64,000 bases of DNA from Antedon mediterranea. Taxonomy: Eukaryota; Animalia; Echinodermata. Positions 54,892 to 64,000 of the stretch are shown here, piece after piece. The position numbers and the translations under genes are program-made. The first letter of the stretch is position 1. Each line of letters opens with the position of its first letter. The stretch is from assembly GCF_964355755.1 (NCBI RefSeq), contig NC_092673.1, positions 21,263,648-21,327,647 on the forward strand, given 5' to 3'. Below the pieces are notes generated by a model. That model searched no databases and was not told the DNA's origin. It saw only the letters and a list, made by a program, of their open reading frames with translations.

Positions 54892-56101
54892 GTATGTTTC
54901 TTGTTGACTTTATAATATTTCTTTTTTCAATCATCTAAGAAAAGAAAAATTTCTGCATTTTGAATCTGTGTTCCTACATAAATATTATCTTATTTTAAAT
55001 TTTAGTAGCAACTGAAAAAATCTCTGCCTTGTTCTCCCAAATTGCTTATTCCACATTTTGAGATGAAAATAATAATAGTAATAATATTGTTGCAGTCTAT
55101 ATCCAGGAATGGATTATCTGTTCTATATTTCTATGTGCAAAATTCAGAACTATTAATCAGATTTGTAAAGAAGCATTATGATGCGAGTTAATGCTCCAGA
55201 GTATTACATATCTTTCACATTAAGACGCTACAACCTGTCTCATTTAATCATACAAAGTAAAGATAAACTATCTAATGCACCAGATAATATCTGTGCCTGC
55301 TTTGGTGTTATCACCATTACAATCAATATTTCATTATGAGTTATATACTGTACATCGAACGCTAATTCAATTTTGTAATATAGGCCAACAAAGATACTAC
55401 AAAAAATATTTTAAAATGGAAATTATTTAAGCTATTAGCATAATGTAGGCCTCAAGTCATTTTAATGCTACAATATCCGGCATGCTGTACCCACTAGTTA
55501 TATATTTGATTCTTATATGACTACAATTCACCAATGATTGATCATTCTTCGTTCATATGCTGTTCCTTAAAGGTGCCTAATGGGACAGTTACATTACTAT
55601 ACTGTATGATGTATGTATTTATTGGTGTAAATGGTTAGTACATTGGTGATAATATTCATTATAAAGAGTAAAATAAATTAGAAAGTCTTGTTGATTTTAT
55701 TATTTTATTCTTCTATAGTGCTCAGCAGAAAATACTTGTGTTAAGTACTAAACTAGAGCACATATAAAAAATACATTGTTTTCGTTACTTGAATTACTTG
55801 CTTGCAGAATCAAAAACTTTAGTCAAGGGAAATGAAAGGAAATCAGAAAGGAAGATAACGTAAGAGTTTGATTTCTTTACCGTGTGAGCGTAAAGAATTT
55901 GATGACAAGTTAATTTATAGTCTACAAAACAGTGTTTAAATCTAAGTCCACAACTCATACCAAAAAATTTAATAAAAATGTGGGGTTTTTATTAGATAAT
56001 TTATAGCAGAAGTACTGTAGGCTGCTAAAATTTAAAAAAAAAACAAGATACTGAAGGAATTTTCACATTAAAAAATATAAATTATTTTATTTACAATAAA
56101 G

Positions 56102-56218
56102 GGGTCTGAAGCTCAGGAAGATGACGTGGATGACGTGGTAATAAAAAGTTTACCTGTAGAGGGCGATAATGAAGCTGGCGAGGTGTATACTCAGACAGAG
56201 GGCAACGTATTTACAGAG
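56102..56218 (+). CDS. slc28a3: SLC28 exon 2
   Basis: AAG|GSEAQEDDVDD...NVFTE|GTAAAT, 117 nt, phase 0/0. Confidence 0.7.
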
Positions 56219-56675
56219 GTAAATTTGAAATAACATTTATAAGCAAATATTAAATAGGTGATCCAATACATGTACAGTACAGTATAATACAGTGCTATGC
56301 AACCCGACCGTATAGTAGTATTTTAATAATGAATCGCATAAAACCCGCTTTGCATCAGTTTACTAATTGATGGCTATTAATTAATTAATTGATGTAATCT
56401 GTTTTAATTTAACATTTATCCACAGAGTTCTTTAAAATAAATCCAAACCTGGAATTTTCAAATTTAAATCCTTTTTATATCTCATCTAATAATACCTGTA
56501 GATAGAGTAAAATGCTTACGTTACGGCAGCGTACATATAGCCTGGGATACTCTCTTGAAAAGTTCTTAATAGTAATTAACTACGTGTTGTACCGTAAGCA
56601 TCTATTTCTCTACTGCTAATTCTTCACCTTGCCAACCTGGTACGGTAACCACTTTTTTTTAAATCTCTCCTACAG

Positions 56676-56959
56676 GCGATAGAACAGATAGAAACTGCTT
56701 TCAACTCATTTTATAATCAAAACAGAAAATGTATCATTCGCCTCTTCTATATATTACTTGCAGTGCTGTTTTATGTGTATTTAATATTCGTGTTGGCAAA
56801 GTACTTTGAACGTTCGTACTACCTCTTAATTCTTACATTAATCGTGAATGTAGTCTGGTTTTTACGTTATATAAAAAGAAGATATGGTTCGTTTATTTAT
56901 GATGCTTTTGCAAAGAAACCTATTGATTTTTGTACAGTGAATTGGCAGTGGTACAGATG
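56676..56959 (+). CDS. slc28a3: SLC28 exon 3 (first TM helices)
   Basis: CCTACAG|AIEQIETAF...WQWYR-TG|GTAAGT, phase 0/2. Confidence 0.88.
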
Positions 56960-57007
56960 GTAAGTCACAGTTTTTTTTTGTTTTTTTTTGGTTGATCGAA
57001 AAGAGGT

Positions 57008-57260
57008 GTGGCGCAGTGTGTTGGACTACTGATTGTAAATTCGAATCCAACATTTGTATCCTTAGGAAAGGCACTTATGTTTGCCTCTATCTACCCAGGT
57101 GTATAAATTGGTCCCTGGTCAAAACACAATTGCGCTAATTACTAGCTGCATTATGGGAGTATGTTTTCATACGTGTTTGATCCAAAAAATCACCTGGGTA
57201 ATAATGTAAAGCGCTTAGAAGCATTGTGTAATAAGCTGTATATAAGAACGAGTATTATTA
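57008..57260 (+). mobile_element. tRNA-derived SINE with L2-like 3' tail
   Basis: GTGGCGCAGTG and TTCGAATCC boxes, a central TCCTTAGGAAAGGCACTT...ACCCAGGTGTATAAAT, and a tail TGTAAAGCGCTTAGA...TATATAAGAAC..TATTATTA. Confidence 0.65.
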
Positions 57261-57837
57261 AGTAAGTCCATATTTGTACTTACAGTACAATATTTCTCCT
57301 CTTTTTTTTTTTGGTTCATCATGAATTAAATAATATAAAATTGAAAACTATTATATACCAGAGAAATTGATTTTGTTGAATAAAATACCAGGGAAGTACT
57401 ATGCTTCGCTAAACATAATTACTTAAAAATAATAAAACAAACTTAATTGGAAAAACGTGTGAACTATATCCATCATTTATATATCTAAGACATAGTCTAG
57501 CTTTGCATATTCATGGTATGATGCTGATAAAACTTCCTGATGCTTCCGTGGTAACTGACTGACTTTCAAGGCAATGTATCTTTCTTGGTACAATGCCAAA
57601 CTAATTACATTTCAATAAAAAACATAATTGTATTTGAAACTCAATGGCAACGTTATCAAGACATTGTATATAACAAACAGAAGGATGAACATAAATTGAA
57701 TAATAGTTTAATTACAATCTAAATTTATCTTGAAAGAAATAACGAACTGTAGGCCACGAAGTCTTTACTGTGCGTCTCTAGCCAGGGAGTTTGTAGGATT
57801 TAAACAAGAAACCCCCTTTTCCTGAAGTGCCCTTTAA

Positions 57838-58026
57838 AGGCCAATTTACACAGACGAGCTGTAACGGTAATAAAAATATAGAATCTCTGTTATTCCTTAT
57901 GGCTATTTATACACAACGCGGAGCAGATGGGCAGTTCCCGCTCAGGATAAATACAGATTCTACTTGGGACATGCTACATGGTTTTCTACTGGCTTATCGT
58001 TACCGCTCGTCTGTGTAAATTGGCCT
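57838..58026. mobile_element. Harbinger-type MITE, family C (complete)
   Basis: TAA|AGGCCAATTTACACAGACGAGC...GCTCGTCTGTGTAAATTGGCCT|TAA. Confidence 0.9.
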
Positions 58027-58156
58027 TAATGAGAGAGAGAGAGAGAGAATCTCCTGGTGTAAAACTACCTCAATCAATTTGGTGTTAGTTTTAAGAAGTT
58101 GTATGAGAATCACCCCTTACATTTATGTTATGTTTTCTTGCTTTTTATTTACATAG

Positions 58157-58313
58157 GCTTGTATACGCTTCTCTGTTGCTTATATTAATAATATTTGCTG
58201 GTGTTACGCGTGTATTTCACGATGTGTATGCAGAGCCAGAGAGGTTGATTTCTGCTTTTGGAATCTTTGTCATGCTCACGTTTAGTGTATTCTGTTCAAA
58301 ATACCCAAGCAAG
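58157..58313 (+). CDS. slc28a3: SLC28 exon 4
   Basis: ACATAG|...PERLISAFGIFVMLTFSVFCSKYPSK|GTAAAC, containing the CNT L.S..G...SK motif. Confidence 0.92.
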
Positions 58314-58550
58314 GTAAACTCAGTGCATGTTGTTTTGTGTTACCACAACATTTTTATACTAACAAAGTGTATTTTGTGCCTAGATTACCTGGATAAACCG
58401 ACAATAGCCCATGCTCTCCAGAGGGAGTTAAAGTTCCTAGGATACTCCTGGACCATAATGGACTAGTCCGCAACCACGGCCTCATGTAGGAACATTCCAA
58501 CATACCACCGTCATCATTTCTTTTTGAAATATGAAGACGTTACAACGTTA

Positions 58551-58813
58551 GACCATGTTTCCACAACCAAAAAATAACAAATAATTAACCGATAAACTGC
58601 CTGTGGAAACGGGGTTAAACCAATTCCAATTGAGACAAATTAATTGATAATTATATCATTCAAATCATATAATTATCGGATAAATTTGATAAATTTTAAC
58701 CTTTGACCTGGAGGACAAATTGTTGCGTTGTGTTTTGGTAATTACTGACCATTCGCACTTTATTGGTTAAAAAATTAACCGATAATTTTGTTTTGGCTGC
58801 GGAAAACATGGCC
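58551..58813. mobile_element. MITE with imperfect TIRs
   Basis: GACCATGTTTCCACAACCAAAA pairs with TTTTGGCTGCGGAAAACATGGCC. Confidence 0.6.
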
Positions 58814-59297
58814 TATGAAGCAATCAAGTGTGACTTTGGTTACAGGATTGCGCATGTTTTAAGATGTCCCTTATTCTTGATATACAGTACTAGGCTCCGG
58901 TAAGAAATATAGTGTGCATACATATATACATAACCCTAAAGCATGCATGTGACTGGAATTGAAATGTAGCTGAAAGTGTGCAAGTGTAACCATTTAAAAA
59001 TAGGTCATTGTTATTACACATTGTAACTTTGATATTAACTGTTAGCATCTGCAGTAATACAATAGTTAGCAGCTAACAGTTAGCAGCTAATAGTTAACAG
59101 TTTACAGCTAACAGTTAATTAAATATTTCAAGCTGTAGCCAAATGCATCATGAGTAAAATTTACCAAAAATTGCCAAAGTAGGCCCAATTTCATGTTTTA
59201 AGGGTATATATACCTACAAGCATTTGTTTATTGTTCTTAACCAGTACTGAAAGTAGTATTTAGTGGTGACATATTCAGTTGGAATTATGACTCTATA

Positions 59298-59470
59298 CAG
59301 GAGCGTAACACAGATGCCTGAGGCCCCTGGTTTAGGAACCCTAAGTGGCCCTCCAACGCTGTAAACATATTTTAATGCCTGTTTTTTCCTCTGAGCACTG
59401 CTCAGGGGCTCCCATAAGCTCTGGGGCTCCTGGGTTCAGCCAGTGAGACGTCAAAGTCATTACACCACTG
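59298..59470. mobile_element. hAT-type MITE, copy 2
   Basis: CAGGAGCGTAAC...ATTACACCACTG with an 8-bp TSD ACTCTATA. It is homologous to the 43558 copy. Confidence 0.88.
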
Positions 59471-60296
59471 ACTCTATACAGGGACATTATATAGCTACTG
59501 TTTATTAGCATTACAACATTCACACATCAGTGTACAGTGTCTTTATTGATTATTCAAGATTATTATAAAAAATATAGATTGTTTTTTTATTTCAATATTA
59601 CAATGAATATTTTGTATTCATTGTTATATTTTGATACTATTTTGCATAAGTAATTCATAGATCAAGGAGCAACATAAAAAATAACATTCACAAATGTATT
59701 TATTATTGTTAAATACTGTATGTACCATATCCTGAAGTTTTACAGGGGGTGAAGCTTAAAGTGTTTTACTTATTTGACCTCCTTTCACACTTCTATGATT
59801 AGCAAGTACAAGTATCTTATTTTTAATTAATTTGATTACCATATTTATTATTTCTTTGATACCTGCTTACTAAATGTGTACCATTTGTATTTGAAGTTTG
59901 AAAAATTAAATAAAAGAAAGAAAAAAGAAAAAGAAAGTGGTAGTTTTTATACTTAGCATTTTTTGGTACCCTGAAGCTAAAAGTCTTCATTACTGTTTTT
60001 GTCCTGTTTCCGGTTCCTGTGTTGTCCTGTTTTCTTTTTCAGTTTTTATCTGCTGCCATACAAGCTTCGCTTTTTTGGAATTTTTCCCCTCTTATTTTAA
60101 TCATATTTACTGTTAATTTTTATTTACTATGAAATTATAAGAGAAATAAATGTTACCTTGATTGATTGATTGATAATACACATTAAACATTATTACAGTA
60201 CTAAGCTTTAAAAAAAATGGCTAAAAAATGTCTTAATTTAATGAAGAATGAGAAAGCTTTTAAGCCTATCAGTGACATATTATTTTATATCTTTAG

Positions 60297-60488
60297 ATTC
60301 AATGGCGAACTGTGATATGGGGAATTTATCTACAGGTATTAATTGGTCTTGTCATTTTACGCACAATGCCAGGTTACATCATGTTTCAATGGTTAGGTGA
60401 CCAAGTACAGACCTTCTTAGATTATACGTACGCTGGAGCTGAATTTGTCTTTGATAAGAATTTAGAAGAGAGGTACTTTGTGTTTGTG
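60297..60488 (+). CDS. slc28a3: SLC28 exon 5
   Basis: IQWRTVIWGIYLQ...LRT..G...FLDYT.AG.EFVF...FV|GTAAGT, a CNT signature region. Confidence 0.95.
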
Positions 60489-60598
60489 GTAAGTTTTAAA
60501 ACTTAATCATTTTCAATTTCGATTTCATTTCATATTTCATTAAGTCATTTCATACAATTTTAAATACTTATTTTATATTTTTTTTTAATTTGTTTTAA

Positions 60599-60918
60599 AG
60601 AGGTATTGTCTCCCAAAAAAATGAAAAGTAAAGATTAATAAAATCAAACTTTGAATAGATTATTATAATTTAATCACTTCATATGAAAACAATGGAAAAA
60701 ATTAATGTTTTCACTTATAAAATAACAAAATAAATGGTTAAATTCAACCAAAAACCCATAGACTAGCAGCCAATTTGACTATTTTTTTTAGGTAAATACC
60801 TTCTTTTTTTTTTCTAATTTTTGGTCAAAGTGAATAACTATTAGGTGACATTAAAAAATGGCATATTAAAAAAAAAATTAAAAAATTTTCAGGGGGTGGG
60901 GGGGGGGACAATACATCT
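60599..60918. mobile_element. Kolobok-type MITE
   Basis: TTAA|AGAGGTATTGTCTCCC...GGGGACAATACATCT|TTAA. An inverted partial copy lies at about 61290-61524. Confidence 0.82.
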
Positions 60919-61978
60919 TTAATATCTGTCTTCAACCCAATATCAGAGTTTTTCTCACTATAATATGGCCAACACCGTACCAGTATAAAAGTCAGAGACT
61001 TTAAAAGAACATATTTTGATGTTATTCCCAGGTCCTTAGAAAGTCAACAACTCAATATTTTTGTTATAACCATTAACAAATAGTTATTAAGGCTAGACCT
61101 TGAACTAGTGCTGCATATTGGCAAAGATTATGAAAATTGACTTTTATATGTACCGTAATGGTAATCACAATATTATATAATGTAAGGCATCATAGTTGAC
61201 CTAGTATTTATATGCATCTTATTTATTCTTTACTAAACAAACATATTTTCCACCTGAACATTTTTGTAAATTGTTTTGTTGAATATGCAGATGCTATTTT
61301 AATGTCACATAATAGTTGTTATTAAAAACTATTTATCTGAGAAAACTGTAATTTAAAGCAAAAAAAATCAGTAAAATTGCCTGTTTCTGTTGGCTTTTTA
61401 TAAGTGAAATCATATTTTATAAATATAAGTTTTTCTTATGAAATTGAATAACTTCCTTAATAACTCACTGCAAAATGGCCTATTCAAAATCTTATTTGTC
61501 ATGATTTTGGGGGACAATACATCTTTAATCAGACAATGTTTTTTCCTGTTTTAGGTTCCTGTGTTGTCCTGTTTGCTTTTTTAGTTTTTATAAGCTGCCT
61601 TTTCAAGCTTCGCTTTTTTTAAAAATTTTGCCCCTCTTATTTTAATCATATTTACTGTCAATTTTTATTTATTATGAAATTTTAAGAGAAATAAATGTTT
61701 GGAAGGTGACAATTATTATTGTTATAATATGTGATAAGCACAATCATATTGCTGTTCTTGTTTGTTGGCCTATTCAAAGTTTGCCCTATAGACACAGAGA
61801 CCTGACCTGAAATGAAATACATTTTTTTCATTATATATTTTTTTTATCTGTGCTGTGCCATGCCCCTTTTGCTTTGGCTTGTATTGTTTTAATGAATAAA
61901 AATGGTTCTTAGAAGCCAATTTGTAATGCTTTTAATGCAAAGCAAGTAATAATAATAATTTGTTTCTTACATCAATAG

Positions 61979-62140
61979 GTACTACCTATGATTATTTTCA
62001 CAAGTGCTGTTATCTCAGTGTTATACTATTATGGCGTAATGCAGGCTGTTATATCGGCTTTTGCCTGGGTAATGCAGCACACGATGGGTACGTCTGGTGC
62101 AGAATCTTTTGCTACAGCGGCTAATGTTTTTGTTGGAATG
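61979..62140 (+). CDS. slc28a3: SLC28 exon 6
   Basis: VLPMIIFTSAVISVLYYYGVMQ...MGTSGAESFATAANVFVGM|GTAATT. Confidence 0.96.
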
Positions 62141-62259
62141 GTAATTATTATATGATTATTATGGTTTAAACATACAGTATGTTCATATTTGTAGGAATAG
62201 CTGTTGACATTTAATCCATATTCATTGCTTCTTTTCCATGCTTTCATTTCATGGCTTAG

Positions 62260-62516
62260 ACCACGGCACCTCTTGCTATCAAACCATATTTACCTCTCAT
62301 GACCAGGTCGGAACTTCATACGATCATTGTAAGCGGAATGGCAACTATAGCGGGGAGCGTACTTGGCGTATATATTGGATTCGGTGCTAGTGCCTCCCAC
62401 CTGCTGTCAGCTTCTATCATGTCTGCCCCTGCAGCTCTAGCCTGTGCTAAGATCTTCTATCCTGAGGTTGAAAGACCAAAGTCAATTGCACAAATACAAT
62501 TAATTGGAGAGAAAAG
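62260..62516 (+). CDS. slc28a3: SLC28 exon 7
   Basis: TTAPLAIKPYLPLMTRSELH...ATIAGSVLG...HLLSASIMSAPAALACAKIFYPE, phase 0/2. Confidence 0.96.
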
Positions 62517-62658
62517 GTTTGTTTTTTATTAATAAAATCTTATTGACACTTTTTCATCCAAAATTCATTTATTATACAGTAAGTGTGTAGGAAACATCTG
62601 GGTAAATAAACTTTTGAAAACAATAAATAATAATAAATGTTTTCTTTCCTTATGTTAG

Positions 62659-62827
62659 AGAAGAACAGAATGTATTAGAAGCATTGTATGGTGGAGCTAA
62701 GGACGGTTTGAAGATTTGTGGCTATGTCCTGGCAAATCTTGTTGCTATTATATCTGTATTGGCCTTTGTTAATGCTGTGTTACATGAACTTGGCTATATG
62801 GCTGGTGTAGAAAACTTATCATTTGAG
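62659..62827 (+). CDS. slc28a3: SLC28 exon 8
   Basis: EEQNVLEA...ANLVAIISVLAFVN...LSFE|GTAAAC. Confidence 0.94.
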
Positions 62828-63379
62828 GTAAACTTTGAGGTCATGTCAAAATTATACTACTGCAGTGACTGCAGCAATTATATTGTTTAGTGCAGTAAAA
62901 TAATTTTAGTGTGTTTTACCACAAAAGTGTAGGAGACAGTTAATGTGCAGGAGTAAGCAAATTTAGTTACTGCAGTAACTGGAGTAAAATAACTTATATA
63001 TCTTTTATTTGTGAAGGCACAATTGCAATGATTTAAATGAAGAACACATGAAAATAAATTGATTTACTTTAAACTTCTTTAAAATTTCTTTATAATTCTT
63101 TAGTGCTAAATTCTTAATGCTATGATTTTACAAATATCATGTTTGCTGCCCTCTTTAATGTGATATTCTTTCATTTATTTTTCTACAATAAATTTACAAA
63201 ATAGTTTGTCGCCCTCTTTGGATTGGTAGGCTATTAGGGTAGTCCAAAATAAGACATTAAGTAACTTCCTTTGATTTGTATCTTTGCTCTTCGTCTAACT
63301 TTTCGTCTGCCTTATTATTTTGCTTTGGTAAATTTGTTTTTACTGTATTATATTCAATGACTAAATGTATTTTTTGTAG

Positions 63380-63538
63380 TTAATTTGTAGCTACCTGCTT
63401 TACCCAATTGCCTGGCTACTTGGAACAGAGCGCAAAGACTGCAGGATAGTTGCTGAGTTGATTGGTACCAAGACATTCTTAAATGAGTTTGTAGCCTACC
63501 AAAATCTTGGCGCTTATCTCGATCAAGGTGCTCTTTCA
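63380..63538 (+). CDS. slc28a3: SLC28 exon 9
   Basis: LICSYLLYPIAWLLG...AELIGTKTFLNEFVAY..., the conserved G.K...NEFVAY motif. Confidence 0.96.
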
Positions 63539-63751
63539 GTGAGTTTAATACCAATTTCTCATTTTCTTAAATGCAGTGCTTAAATCAATTTACAATTATA
63601 CTTCAATTAATCGATCAATGCTTCAATCAGTCAATTTAATTGCCATTCAAACCTTTGTTGAGTTATATAGTCAGTGGTTAAATTTGTTTCAGATATACAG
63701 TACTTCTGAAAACACAAAACATTATACAATTCTAATATTTCTTTTTAATAG

Positions 63752-63932
63752 ATTCGTTCACAAGTCATAGCAACTTACGCCCTCTGTGGATTCTCAAATC
63801 TTGGTAGTCTTGGCGTGATGTTGGGTGGTCTTGTTCCGTTGGTTCCAGAACGCAAATCTGAGATCGCGACTTCATGTCTCCGAGGTTTATTTGCAGCCAC
63901 TATAGCATGCCTGTTAACGGCAGCAATCGCAG
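63752..63932 (+). CDS. slc28a3: SLC28 exon 10 (gene continues beyond the window)
   Basis: IRSQVIATYALCGFSNLGSLG...PER...ACLLTAAIA-G|GTGAGA, with the conserved CGF.N..S.G motif. Confidence 0.96.
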
Positions 63933-64000
63933 GTGAGATACTTTTACCTGAAATAGTACATTCTTTCGGAACTGTGCCTTTAATAGAGATGTCCCCTAAG

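Larger units (their letters stand above)
60011..61700 (+). repeat. Two dispersed copies of a ~145-bp LINE-tail-like repeat (60011-60155 and 61554-61700)
   Basis: GGTTCCTGTGTTGTCCTGTTT...GAGAAATAAATGTT occurs in introns 4 and 5. Confidence 0.75.

Overview
This is AT-rich, intron-containing animal DNA from a marine invertebrate, most plausibly a deuterostome such as an echinoderm (inferred, not proven). Two protein-coding genes are well supported. The first is a two-exon egr (EGR1/Krox-family C2H2 zinc-finger) gene on the minus strand, CDS 31423-31192 + 30245-29077, about 466 aa, with an immediate-early promoter of CArG, ETS and CRE sites. The second is an SLC28/CNT concentrative nucleoside transporter on the plus strand, with 10 phase-consistent exons from 52325 to 63932 and its last exon beyond the window. 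The rest is a mosaic of non-autonomous transposons (Harbinger-, hAT-, Kolobok-, pogo-, Ginger-, Academ- and Helentron-like), SINEs, a LINE tail and TE-derived minisatellites. The most interesting observations are: a MITE family carrying arrays of perfect SRF CArG boxes around an SRF-type immediate-early gene; strong over-representation of TAGGCCTA that stops inside the CpG-depleted SLC28 gene body; a CNT lacking the conserved HP1 glutamate; a 1.5-kb foldback element; a 5S-rRNA-headed SINE; and a candidate spliced orphan gene upstream of egr. All counts and alignments were done by eye and no database was searched.
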